Shown: in pieces, positions 38,109 through 49,852 of the stretch
How positions within the stretch are numbered: the first letter of the stretch is position 1
Layout of the letters: every line of letters begins with the position of its first letter
DNA from: Psammoneis japonica
Lineage: Eukaryota
DNA: 64,000 nt
Direction: 5' to 3'
Assembly (NCBI GenBank): GCA_008632985.1
Contig: QPGO01000061.1
Coordinates: forward strand, 186,001 to 250,000
Notes under the pieces: model-generated
The model's input: only the letters and a program-made list of their open reading frames with translations
Told to the model about the DNA's origin: nothing
Database searches by the model: none
Program-made: the position numbers and the translations under genes

Positions 38109-40649
38109 ATGTCGAAGCGATCAATCGAACAAGTTACCATGGCGGAGGAAAGCAACGCCAAGCAAGAGCGGCATCGAGGAGCCATCCCTACTTCGATAGC
38201 CGATGTTTTTCAAGACTTGAAAGGCTTGGAAATACCAGGTGCTCCCAGTGTTGGCGGCAAGGCTGTTGCAGTACCCGCCTTGCCTGGACTGGGGGTTACT
38301 AGTGTGGGATTACTGTCGCTTCCTCTCATCTCAAGTGACATTGTCAAGCAATTGACGACAGTTGCGACCAAAGCTCCTTTTGGAAAGGGGTCTGATACCC
38401 TATTAGACGAATCTGTTCGCAAGTCATGGCAGATTGAGCCGACTCAGGTTTCTTTCGAGAACCCTTTGTTTCCGGAGGCAATAGACAATCTCGCAAAGAC
38501 GGCTGCGATTGGTCTTGGTATTCCTGAGGACATCTCTGTGCAAGCCATCTTGTACAAGGTACTGTTGTATGAACCCGGCGGATTCTTCAAGAAACATCGT
38601 GATACCGAAAAGAAAGATGGAATGTTTGCGACGTTGGTGGTCCAGCTTCCTTCGGTCTATACAGGAGGCAATTTCAAGGTGTCTCATGGAGAGGATACAT
38701 CAAAAGTCTACGCGATGGGCACAGACGATGGAACTGCGCCATACTGTTGCCAATTTGTTGCCCATTATGCCGATTGCGAGCACGAAGTCGGCACCGTGGA
38801 GAGTGGATACCGCATTGCTCTGGTCTACAGTCTCTGCTACAAAGGACTAGAGACAGGATCACCTCTACCAGTACCCAACATGGCAAAAGCAACCGGTCCT
38901 GCAATGAAACTGCGTTCAACTTTGGAGCGTCTCCCGGAAACGAAGCAGGTTATGTTCTTCCCACTCAGCCATTGCTACACGACTATCTCACTTACTCGAT
39001 ATGGTTTGCAGGCTCTAAAGGGACGCGATAGGGCCATCCTGCATTCCTTTGAAATGAATGGATCATGGAAATTCCGCATTTTTAGATTGAATCGTACATA
39101 TCATGAATGTGACTCGTCGGAATTTCTGGAGGATTTCGATTGTTCAGAAGAGGAGCATCAACGAATTCACCAATCTGATTTCAAAAATGGTGAGGCCGAC
39201 TTCGAAGAAGTATACTGGACAGAAGGCATCGACGACCGCCTGTCAAGTGACTGGCTAGGCAAAGCATGCCTCTACTATTCCTGTGACAATGGCGGTCGCG
39301 TGTTGAGCAGCGCAGATGAGATCACCTGTGCCTGGAAGAAAGCCAATCAAATTGAATCTGGATATACAGGTAACGACGGCTACACAGAACGTGAAACGAA
39401 GTATCAATGCTATACGCTAATGATATACCAACCCAGTGCTGAAATCGACCTGGTCATGGAGTATGATATATGCCGAGCGATCGAAGTAATTGGCGCTGGT
39501 CCAGAAAAGGACCCTAGCATCATTGAACGGCTCTTTCATGTGCTGCGATCTCTTCCGCAGCGTGAACTTCCCTGCTATGAAGATGGGGTTGTTGATGCTG
39601 AGAGAGCATTAAGGCTACTAGCTGAACCAAGGGAAGCAGGGTCTCTAGAGGAGGTTTGGGTGAAAAACTTTGCTTCCTGTATCAACCTCATTGCTTTTGA
39701 GAATGTCAATAACACTGTGGATCCGTTTTGGACGGAACTGGGTAGCATTTTCGCCAAGTGTTCAAAAGCGCGGAATGCGCAAATCATAGCCAATCATCTC
39801 GGTTCGTTTTTGGCAAGGGTAAAAGACCTTACAGATGCAACAGTGAAGGCCTACTTGATTGCGCTGGTCTCTGTTAATGCCCCAAATGTTTCCATCGAAT
39901 CAATGGTTAAGACACTAGAGAGCTCGATTGATCCAAAGTGGGAACCGAGCAACGAATGGAAAGTCGTAAAGGACATGATGGAGTTAGACATACCTCCGTC
40001 ACTTCGCCCACTTTTGAGAAAATTATACCCGTTGTGGAAGAATGGGATTCGCAAGCTTGATGCTTGCAAGCTCGTCAGTGTTATGAGAAGCAAGATGGAC
40101 ACAAGCACTATCGAGAAATGGATTGATGATATTGTCGACGACTCCGTAGTTGATGGCTTTCTCCGTTACTACACTTATCAACTGAAAGAAGCCGCCTTGT
40201 TGTTTCAGATGATCTTTGAACGCGGGACGAACACGCATGTGGAAAAGCTAAGCACCATTTTTAAAGAGAAAGGGGAGAGAGCTGTTGAGTTTCGCTGTTT
40301 GCTTGCTATGTTCTGGACAGCCCAAGAAGGTTCGACACGAAATCAAGCATGGAAGCCCTTCATGGATCAACTTGTTGGTGTGGCAATCAAAGAAACGGTG
40401 GAGCGGCTATTGGATCCAAGTAACTTGCAGCTGGACGCCGAACTTGTGCACTTTCTTTTTGCAAACGGAAGCGACGAGGATATAGTCAAATTGCTAGAGA
40501 TCGTTGATTCAAAGAAAGGGAGGGCGGCATATGTGCGGGAAAGATTGCTCAAAATGTACAAATCCTATGAGGGCTCCGTCAAGGGCAAACATGCTTGGGA
40601 AGTTGTGATTCCGCGTTTGGAGAAGGCTGTGGGGGCAGCGACACACTGA
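38109..40649 (+). CDS. 2OG-Fe(II) oxygenase domain protein (prolyl-4-hydroxylase-like superfamily) with a long helical C-terminus
   Basis: APFGKG..T..D.SVRKSWQI, LYKVLLYEPGGFFKKHRDTEK (HxD), FATLVVQLPS.YTGG and YADCEHEV..VESGYRIALVYSL (distal H and R). ATG at 38109. Confidence 0.85.
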   Translation: MSKRSIEQVTMAEESNAKQERHRGAIPTSIADVFQDLKGLEIPGAPSVGGKAVAVPALPGLGVTSVGLLSLPLISSDIVKQLTTVATKAPFGKGSDTLLDESVRKSWQIEPTQVSFENPLFPEAIDNLAKTAAIGLGIPEDISVQAILYKVLLYEPGGFFKKHRDTEKKDGMFATLVVQLPSVYTGGNFKVSHGEDTSKVYAMGTDDGTAPYCCQFVAHYADCEHEVGTVESGYRIALVYSLCYKGLETGSPLPVPNMAKATGPAMKLRSTLERLPETKQVMFFPLSHCYTTISLTRYGLQALKGRDRAILHSFEMNGSWKFRIFRLNRTYHECDSSEFLEDFDCSEEEHQRIHQSDFKNGEADFEEVYWTEGIDDRLSSDWLGKACLYYSCDNGGRVLSSADEITCAWKKANQIESGYTGNDGYTERETKYQCYTLMIYQPSAEIDLVMEYDICRAIEVIGAGPEKDPSIIERLFHVLRSLPQRELPCYEDGVVDAERALRLLAEPREAGSLEEVWVKNFASCINLIAFENVNNTVDPFWTELGSIFAKCSKARNAQIIANHLGSFLARVKDLTDATVKAYLIALVSVNAPNVSIESMVKTLESSIDPKWEPSNEWKVVKDMMELDIPPSLRPLLRKLYPLWKNGIRKLDACKLVSVMRSKMDTSTIEKWIDDIVDDSVVDGFLRYYTYQLKEAALLFQMIFERGTNTHVEKLSTIFKEKGERAVEFRCLLAMFWTAQEGSTRNQAWKPFMDQLVGVAIKETVERLLDPSNLQLDAELVHFLFANGSDEDIVKLLEIVDSKKGRAAYVRERLLKMYKSYEGSVKGKHAWEVVIPRLEKAVGAATH

Positions 40650-42569
40650 CAGGCTTGTTATTGGAGCACCCCACCACAACTCTGTCCCTGCAGCATGTTG
40701 CTCTAGCTGTTTCATGCTTGCAAAAAGCCAAGATGATGTGCATGATGCGATTCTTGATCTTCTTCTTTAGCCCACATTAACATTCTAGGTGCAAATGTAG
40801 CTGCCGGACCCAGCTAGCTCCAAGAACACCATTGGCCCGAATTGCCTTCAGTTTTGCTCCGTGCCATGCTTCTGTGCCCTGCAGCTTGACACAAATGAAG
40901 TGTTGTCCATGGATGTGTCCCTGAGCCAACAGAGTGCTTGCTCATTGGCAGCATCAATGACTTGAGGGGCATCACTGGTCACCACTGAGCAAATGGGGGA
41001 GTGCACCAGTGACACACAGCCACTGCTGCTCTTCTTGGCAGCCCTTTGCATCAAGGATGTGCAACCACATGAGACTCATTGAAGCTCATCTTCACCAGAG
41101 TGGGTGCGCCCTGAAACAGCAGCTCTTGGTTCTTTGGAAAAATGACTCCAAGAGATCAGAGGCAACAGGAGAAGGTCCAGGCATTGGCTCATCCATGCAT
41201 GTGCTGAACATGGCAGCTCCCACATGCACTGGGCTCTTTCTCTTGCTGCATGCATGCATGAGGCCAGTGGCCATCACCTCTTTTCTTGCTGGTCCTTTGC
41301 ATTGAGGATGGCCAAATTCACTTGACTTTTTGAACTTGTCCAGGAGCACTCTGCAATCCATCAGCAGGTTCAGGGTGCTTGTGATGGATTGAAAAGGCTC
41401 TGCCGCAGCACAGTTGCTGCACACCATCAGGGCCTCTCCAGCGCCACTTCTGAGTGAAGAAAAAGCAAGCAAGGAGCCAAACCGATTGAGCAGGATGGGT
41501 GGGCATGACTGGTGGGCTGGTGGCATCATGGAGGTGGAGGCATTGGAGCATTGTTTTGTCCAAGTGCTGCCAGCTGAAGACATTTGCATTGCATTTGTGC
41601 CAATGTGTGTGTGTGCCAACAGGGGCACAGCAGCAGCCACTCAAAGGTGGCAGCTGGGCTGAGCACCATGACTGTCATGTGAAAAAACAAAAAAACAACC
41701 CACAAGAAGTGTTGCTGCACCTTTGTGCCCATCAACAAAGGTGTCAGCTGACACCCAACACATTTTGCTGTGTGGTGTGCAACATTGATGTGACGCTGAT
41801 GGGGGTGATGCAGCATGACTGGTCCTTTTTGGTCTGGCGGTGGGATGACAGCCTGACAGCAGTGGTCTGGAGATGGGTCTTGCTCCTTTTCTTGCAAGAC
41901 TGGAGTTGGCGGACAAGTCAGAAACCCACAGCCAAAGGAAGTCTTGAGAGGAAGCACCGCTTCTGACCCCAGCTCTTGCTCTGTTGGCAAAAAGCACAAG
42001 GTCTTCTTCTTTGCCAGCTGTTTGCCAAAAGGAGTGCAGCAAGAGTGCACATTGTGCAAAGGCCCTTGCTTGGCAGTTGCTTCTGGCTGATTCTTGCAAA
42101 ACAGCTCAGCAGCCAGGCAGAGAGCTCCACACCCCAGTGACAAAAAGCTGACACCAGAGAAGAAGCACCACCATGCAGTGTGCATGAAAGTGGCATTGAC
42201 AGGTCATCTTGTGTGACAGCAGGCTTGAGCAACAAGAGTGTCACAGCACAAAACCTCCCCTGGAAAAAGAAAAGTTGATGAGTTCTCACAGCCAGCTGAG
42301 CAGCTGAAAAGCACTGTGTTGTGCACCCACTCAGCATGAATGCTGTGGCTTTGGTGACAGTGGGTGGTGAAGGGAAGTGAACATGGTGTTGCTGAAAATT
42401 TGAGCTTCTTCACTGTGGAAAATTTGTGGCTCCAAGTGCAACATTTCGGAGTTTTTGCGAATGTGGCTCAGCCCCAAAAATTGCTGACACACACTTTGTG
42501 CCCAGAGCTCAACAGAAAAGAGACCAGATGTCTCAAAGGACAGTGCAGCAGCTTGCTAAGATCTGCTGG

Positions 42570-43625
42570 AACTTGGGTGCATTTCACATGCAGAGGAAAC
42601 AGTGAGTTGGTTGGACTGGCATTGTTGCGCAATTTTGCTGAAATGCACGGGTGGAAAAGCAGAAAAGAGTGGGGGACATTGTTCAGGCAGGCTGCAGTCC
42701 ACACTGTCAGTGTGTGCAATGCAGTGTGAGCCCTGCTCTGTGTTGTGTGCATTTTACATGCAGAGCAAACAGTGAGTTGGCTGGGCTGGCACTGCTGCAT
42801 GATTTTGTTGAAATGCACAGGCAGAAAAGCAGAAAAGAATGAGACATTGTGTGGACTGCAGTCTGTCGGCTCAGCATGTGTGATGCAATGTGAGCCCCAC
42901 TCTGTGTTTGTGTGCATGTCACATGTGTGGAGGAAACAGTTAGTTGGTTGGCACTGTTGCATGATTTTGTTGAAATGCACAGGCAGAAAAGCAGAAAAGA
43001 ACAGGATGTTGTGTTGGCTGCAGGCTGCAGTCTGTCGTCCTCTCAGCAGTGTGTGCGATGCAACGTGAGCCCCACTCTGTGTCATGTGCATTCTCATGTG
43101 TAGAGAAAACTGCAAGTTGGTTGGGCTGGCACCATTGCATGATTTTTTGAAATGCACTGGCAGAAAAGCAGAAAAGAACAAGAGACACTGCGCGGGCTTC
43201 AGTTTGTCAGTGTGTGTGCGATGCAACGTGAGGAGCCCCACCCTGCATCGTGTGCATTTCACATGCTGAGGAAATGGCAAGTTGGTTGGGCTGGCACTGT
43301 TGCATGATTTTGTTGAAATGCATGGGCAGAAAAGCAGAAAAGAACAAGATGTTGCGTGGACTTCAGTTTGTCAGTGTGCGCAATGCAACGTGAGGAGCCC
43401 CGCTCTGCATTGTGTGCATTTCACGTGCTGAGGAAACAGCAAGTTGGTTGGGCTGGCACTGTTGCATGATTTCGTTGAAATGCACGGCCAGAAAAGCAGG
43501 CCTCTAGAGTAGAGTGCCGGTAGAGAACAGCAGATGCCCACTGTGCTGTAGAGTAGAAAAGAACAAGACAGACAGACATTGCGCCGACTACAGTCTGTCA
43601 GTGTGTACGATACACGTGAGCCCTC
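42570..43625. repeat. Tandem array, about 165-175-bp unit x6 plus a partial seventh copy
   Basis: gtgcatttcacatgc.gaggaaac...gttggttgggctggcactgttgcatgattttgttgaaatgcac.ggcagaaaagcagaaaagaa recurs at about 42577, 42747, 42911, 43086, 43252 and 43414. Confidence 0.9.
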
Positions 43626-43983
43626 TTCATAATGTTCTGTGCAGGCAATACAGTATCATGATGATTCTACTTCAACATTACAGTAACTTCAATGCTCGTC
43701 GTGACGTGAGCATCTTCTGTATGTACAGTACTGCACTGCACGTAGACCTACAATATCGGCAACGCTCGCTCAACGCCTCAACGCTCGAACCCCCAATTAA
43801 TCGCCCATCCACATCCATCATCAATCATCACAACATCATACCGTACACGACCGATCGACAGAAAGTGACCGTAGGAGCCTGTTTCTCTCCGAACAATCCA
43901 AGACCTCGGTCCTTTTCGGCGTCTATCGACAAGGCTTGTCGGTGCAGACAATCTCAATACGCACACTTTGTTACGAAGTCTGA

Positions 43984-44871
43984 ATGAAGTTTGTTGCTTG
44001 TCTTGTTGTCACGTGGTTAACAATGGCTATCGGCTCGACAACTACTCGCAGTGCTAGGAACAGCATTGATTTCCCACCTCCCCATTTTTCTGGATGGAAA
44101 CACGAAAAGGTGTTCTTGAAAGCCAGTGATGGAACTAAAATTCGTGGTCATTCCAATGACAAAGGCTTGCCGCTTGGTGTTCCCTTTGAATTCGAGACTC
44201 CTCTTTTCAAAGGAAGAATGCTTGTCCGATTGCGAAACGCCAAATCTGACTCACCGGAACAGCACGATGCGTACTTTGAAGGACGTAAGCGGCTTATGCA
44301 GACTGTAGTTCAAGGAAAATTCAAGAAATCCGTTCCCATGTCTGATGTTTTCGTTGGGAGCCTCTTTGACAAACCTTTGAAGCAGGCGCCACCACCAGTT
44401 TTTGTCAGCATTTTGAACACGGTCATTAAGCGTGTTGCGCCCGGAGTCGTTCTTGATCTTGCCTCGGAAAAGCCCAAGATTCTTTCACTCTATGCGGGGT
44501 CTGCTCAAACACTTAGTGTTGATCTTCCGGGGGAGGAACCAGACATTACAGGAGTGGATATCCCCGAAAACGTGTCTCGGGCGTTTGGTGACAAGTTCAA
44601 GTCGGCTTCTTCGCGTAAGAAGAAAATGTCTACTCCCAAGTCGGCAGGGAAGTACGAGTTTGACACGGAACATGTCTACACGTTTCATACTTATGATGAC
44701 GCAATGGACTATGGCAACTACAGCATGCATCTTCCCATATATGGAGAGTATGACCTGAGTCAAGCTCTTGGTCCCCAGCCTCTAACACTCACGGCGATAA
44801 CGTCGCAAGGCGAACATGTATTCTCTTTTGATGTTTGGCATCAGAAAATCTACCCTCATCAAGAAACCTGA
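43984..44871 (+). CDS. DUF1769-family protein with signal peptide (paralogue 1)
   Basis: PFEFETPLFKGRMLVRLR...YFEGRKRLMQTVVQGKFK...FDTEHVYTF; hydrophobic N-terminus. Confidence 0.8.
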   Translation: MKFVACLVVTWLTMAIGSTTTRSARNSIDFPPPHFSGWKHEKVFLKASDGTKIRGHSNDKGLPLGVPFEFETPLFKGRMLVRLRNAKSDSPEQHDAYFEGRKRLMQTVVQGKFKKSVPMSDVFVGSLFDKPLKQAPPPVFVSILNTVIKRVAPGVVLDLASEKPKILSLYAGSAQTLSVDLPGEEPDITGVDIPENVSRAFGDKFKSASSRKKKMSTPKSAGKYEFDTEHVYTFHTYDDAMDYGNYSMHLPIYGEYDLSQALGPQPLTLTAITSQGEHVFSFDVWHQKIYPHQET

Positions 44872-45765
44872 ATGCATTTGGGCATCTCTCGTCTTTTTGT
44901 AACCGCCGTTCTATGCTGAACGCGGCATCTTCGTACTCAGACAATTTTTTACTCTACATTGTTCTTGATTCTTCCGACGTAACTATCTACCTAGATTACA
45001 ATTACTACCAAGTATTTTCAAACTTGCTTTAGTTTAATGTAGTTCACTGATTCCCCAAGATGTGTCTATGCAGTTCGGTTCAAATGCCCTTTGCTAGTTC
45101 AATTTTTGATCCAAAAAGTGTTGAGGTTCCCATCTTCTTTTGACCGTGATCCGTTCGTTCACGATGCGCTCAGCGCTCGCCGGGAAACGACACGAAAATT
45201 TTTCGATATGTGCTGCGGACAGGTAACCTTACCGGTAGGGCCCTCTCTACTCTAGAGAGGAGACGGTAGGCCCTCTAGAGCTAGTAGGGCTAGAGTCGTC
45301 GAGTGCTCGTTCCGAAACGCCTTTCAAGGAAAATCACTCTGAACTCGAGAAGACACGCGGGATTCAAAATTTGGTGAAATCAATATATGAATTCATATAT
45401 TTTTAATTTAAAGTACGCATACAGTATTAGTTCTTGCGACCATAAGTAAGTAAAAAATATGGCGCGAACTCTGTGTGTGTATGCAGTTTCCATCACAATT
45501 TAGCGGCACCGCTGAAGTCCGTTGGGCTTGTCTCGCCAGTCACTAGCCATCAACCCCCCTTTATCACACGGCGCAATCAACTGCTCCTTGTTATACTCAG
45601 ACTCATTCATTCCTCCGAAAAATGCTACATTGATAGGCCAGGATACGTACTTTTGCATCTGTTCTCTCGGATCCGCGGCAGCTTTTTCAACAGAAGCGAC
45701 AGGTACCTTTTCCTCAGCCAACTCGCGACATTCCCAGAAAAACGATCGAAGCTACTTTGGGAACA

Positions 45766-46647
45766 ATGAAGGCTTTATCATGTATCGTTCCCTCTTTGTG
45801 CACGGTTGCTCTTGCCTCGACACGCAAAATCCTCGATATTCCTCCTCCCCACTTTTCCAGATGGCGACACAATCCAGTCTTCTTGAAAGCAAGCAGCAAG
45901 GACACCAAAGTCATTGGGCATCATTCGAAAGACGAGGGTTTACCACTTGGTGTGCCGTTTGAGTTTGAGACTCCTCTTTTTAAGGGACAAATGCTTGTTC
46001 GGTTACGAAATGCCAAGTCAGACTCACCGGATCAACACAATGCCTACTTTGCGGGCAATAGCAAGAGACTCATGCAGACTGTTGTCCAGGGTAAATTCAA
46101 GAGACCTGTTTCCATGTCTGACGTTTTTGTCGGAAGCTTATTCCGAAAACCTCTCAAGAAGGTACCACCACGTTGCTTTGTGCGTGTTATGAATACCATT
46201 GTCAGTCGAGTTTCACCAGGAGTAGTTTTGGATCTCGCCTCTCAGAAACCCAAGATTCTGTCTCTGTACGCTGGGTCTGCGCAGACCTTTAGCGTGGATC
46301 TGCCAGGAGATGAACCCGATATTTCTGGGAGGGATATTCCCGAAAATGTGTCTCGTGCATTTGGTCACAAATTCAAGTCCATCTCTTCCCGTCGAAAGAA
46401 AATGTCCTCACCCAAATCGGCGAAAAAGTACTGGTTCGACACGAAGCATGTTTATACCTTTCATATGCACGACGATGCCATGGATTATGCCAACTACAGC
46501 ATGCATCTTCCCATGTATGGTGACTATGATCTCAGCCAGGCTCTAGGGCCTCAGCCCATGACCCTTACGGCCGTGACTTCCAAAGGTGACTACCTCTTTT
46601 CTTTTGATGTCTGGCACGAGAAAGTCTACCCCCGCGAGGAACTTTAA
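45766..46647 (+). CDS. DUF1769-family protein with signal peptide (tandem paralogue 2)
   Basis: Colinear with and highly similar to 43984-44871; ATG at 45766. Confidence 0.8.
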   Translation: MKALSCIVPSLCTVALASTRKILDIPPPHFSRWRHNPVFLKASSKDTKVIGHHSKDEGLPLGVPFEFETPLFKGQMLVRLRNAKSDSPDQHNAYFAGNSKRLMQTVVQGKFKRPVSMSDVFVGSLFRKPLKKVPPRCFVRVMNTIVSRVSPGVVLDLASQKPKILSLYAGSAQTFSVDLPGDEPDISGRDIPENVSRAFGHKFKSISSRRKKMSSPKSAKKYWFDTKHVYTFHMHDDAMDYANYSMHLPMYGDYDLSQALGPQPMTLTAVTSKGDYLFSFDVWHEKVYPREEL

Positions 46648-47117
46648 TGCGCCGTTGATAACAAATATCATCCGGTCGATTCCATCTGCATTTTTATTTC
46701 AATTAGAATACAGAGAACAGAATAGTACAATATTGTGTAAGTTTATATCAAGCTAGAGTACTTCCTTCGATTGTGGCAAACGAAGTCGTGAAAAGTGATG
46801 ATGTGGATAAAAGACATATGCTCTTCACTCAAAAGAGACAAACGTCCTCCAGACAAAATCCTAAGTCAAATAGCGAGTTCTCGAGCGCAAGCGTTTCACT
46901 GTTTCCACCCAAACGAAGTGTTTTGTGCTAACGTGTTCAAAATTCTTTTTCATTCCATTTCCTTGGACTGACAAAGAACGTCTTGACATTGGCATCAGCG
47001 GCATTCTTGAGGTGTAATAGCGGAAAGAAGTTGGGACTGAAAGGTCCTCCTACTTATTCGTGGTTGCCCTATTTGAACAATCCGAAATGGTTGCTTTAAC
47101 AGCGAGTCGGACGATTG

Positions 47118-49852
47118 TTATTGCGAGGTAACGGCTGCGTGCTTTTTGTACAAACGCTGATACTTTGGGCTGTCGCAGCCTGGAAAAGTTCTGCCGTTGA
47201 AACCCTTGTTTTCAGTGGTGATCTCCAAATCAAATCGAGCACAATCACCAGGCTCTGCCCATTCCAAGCCGGGATCCTCTGCCTGATAGGGAATGGGGCT
47301 ATTGTGAAATCGAAGCTCAACGTCAGTCATGTTTTCTGCCTCACAATTGGGAATTCTGGTTCGCCTACAAAACTGCTCACATCGCATCCATGGAGCCGAA
47401 GCAATTGATACTTGGACATTTGCAGGCCACAACACTGTCGGAGTTTTTCATACAGGCTCATGTGTTGCTTCAAGAGCTCCACATCCTCGTCTGTAAGGTC
47501 AAAGATGGTTCGATACTGATCAATCTCGCACAAGCTACAATTCAAAAGCCGATCCTTGTATTGGTTGTAATGCCCATAAGAAGCTCTCTTGCCAGACGTA
47601 AAGACGGCAATGTTTCCCTTGTCGTGCAGTTCTTGAAAGATTGGTTTTTTGAAATGAAGCTTGAGCACAAAGGACGTATCCTGGGCAATGCTCTTTTGAA
47701 ACTTAGTTTGATCCCAGCTCCGAGGATTGACAAAGTCGGTATGAATCTCCGCGTCGCTTGGACTCTTGAGGTGTGCAATCGCCTGAAGGAGTTGATACTG
47801 AAAGGTACTCCCGCTTCGTATTTCTCCAATTTGAACAATGCGAAAGGGTGGTTTTAATATGCGAGCGGTCATTGCCGCTTCCGTCGAGACGACTTTCTTT
47901 TGGTAAACGCCTCGATATTTCCTGCTCTTGCATCCTGGAAATATGTTGCCATTAAAGCCCTTGTTTTCGCTTGTAATTTCCAAATCAAAGCGAGCACAAT
48001 CGCCAGGCTTGGACCAGTCCTGTTCGGGACTGGCACTGTGATAGGGGATGGGACTATTGTGGAACCGCAGCTCCAAATCTGTCATGTTCTCTGCTTCACA
48101 ATTGGGATACGCTGGCTCATTGACAAAGCTGTTCACGTCGCATCCATGGAGTCGGAGCATTTGATACTTTGACATTTGCAACCCACAGCACTGTCGAATC
48201 TTTTCATACATGCTCATGTGTTGCTTCAAGAGTTCCACGTCCTCGTCCGTCAGGCCAAATATTGCTCGGTATCGATCAATCTCGCACAAGCTACAATTGA
48301 GTAGCCGCATCATTTCTTGATTGTAATGTGTCGCATGAGCTCTCTTGCCAGATGAAAAAATAGCAATTTCTCCTTTTCTGTTCAATTCTTGAAAGATTGG
48401 CCTGTCAAAATGAACCTTGAGCACAAAGGAAGTGTTTTGGGCTACCGTATCCAGAAAGTCAGTTTCATTCCAAGCCCTTGGACTGACAAAGAAGGGGTGA
48501 ACATGGGCGGGACGACTACTCTTGAGGTGCGCAATCGCGGAAAGGAGCTGAAATTGAAAGGTACTCCCACTCCGTGGAGTCCCGATTTGAACAATGCGAA
48601 ACGGTGGTTTCAACAAGGGAGACGACGAATCTTGCACAAATACAAGCTGCTGCTGTTTGTCGTCCCGGATGAGTGTGTGGCTCTCGTCTATTCCGATTTC
48701 AACGTCATCGTGTTTGTAATCGTCCTCGTCTTGCTCCTCCTCCTCATAAACATTCACATTCACTCGCCCACCACCACCATCATTTCCTTCTCGTTTCAGA
48801 ACGGGCCGGATTTGTTTGAGCAAGAGTCGGCATCCAATCAATTCCGAGCTACGTTCCAAGCATTGCTTAACGACATGGGGCAATCCAAATTGGACATTTC
48901 GCATATTTTGACCGTGCAACGAATCTCCGTGCCGTTCTTTTTTCCATGACCCGTCTCGACCCAAATGAAAGGTAAGGCCGTGCTTGGAACGAAACACTTT
49001 ATGGTGTCTACTAGTACCCGCCAAGAGTTGGGCTTGTGCCAAAATGACACGACCGACAGGAGGATAACCCAAAAAGACCTTGCCAAACTTCATTTTCTCC
49101 ACAATATCTTTGGAGAGAATAAAACAATCATGACCGGGATGGCCCTTGCCGGGTGTTTTATAGAGTTCCTCCAAATCGTCCTTGGTAAACAATTCACCAG
49201 TCTTGGTAAATTTGGAAATTTCCAATCGATTCACCGCAAATGCTTGTAATTGTTGTGTTGTAATAATGTTGGCAATTTGATTGTAAAAGTCATGTCGTAC
49301 AGCAATGTCCACATTGGAATAAATCACATAATCAAATTTCTGGGACGAACGAAAACTGGAAAACACGTCCTCCACAAAGGGCAGTTGCCTGGATGTTTCA
49401 TAGAGAGTCGCCGTCGAGCGATTCAAGAGTGGTAACGTGACGAAATCCGATGGAACAACGTTGAGAGAATCGGGCAAGACGGAGGCTGCCAACGTCACGT
49501 GTACTACTCCAGAAGAAGAAGCACTTGTATCGCGAGCACGTTGCATACTGGCAATTGTGACACTCTGAGCTTGATCGTATGGACAATAAAGATCATCACA
49601 ATCCAAGACGCGATATGGAGAAATCACATGAAGCAGTTCAAGTGGGCGTTGTTGTTGTTGTTGTTGCATCAAAACAGCAGTGTTGTTGGTTGAAGTGTAT
49701 TCCACGCGATGATATTGTTGAACGGCGTCACGCAACATGTACTTGTTTGCAGCGGTCGTCGATTGTTTGAGATAACGAGCCACCAAGACATAAAACAGTA
49801 GACACAATGATAAGGGAAGCAATGCTAGCTTTTGAAAAGAAAACTTCGTCAT
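47118..49852 (-). CDS. Type II membrane protein: glycosyltransferase-like domain plus two tandem sulfotransferase-like (P-loop) domains; apparent 1-bp frameshift near 47352
   Basis: N-terminal TM; YVIYSNVDIAV and GHPGHDCF; RIVQIGTPRSGSTFQ and RIVQIGEIRSGSTFQ (5'-PSB-like). The tail of repeat 2 (PNCEAENMTD.ELRFHNSPIPY) continues in another frame to the stop at 47118. Confidence 0.7.

Noticed and set aside
38109..40649. 2OG-Fe(II) oxygenase as the DNA-modifying enzyme behind the hypermutation
   Set aside because: Its motifs fit a widespread P4H-like family rather than AlkB or TET/JBP, and proximity to converted repeats is not evidence.
40850..42400. Possible transposase remnant on the minus strand
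   Set aside because: Too degraded to assign a family by eye.
42570..43625. Possible CRISPR-like array
   Set aside because: The units are about 170-bp tandem copies without unique spacers, there are no cas genes, and the context is eukaryotic.
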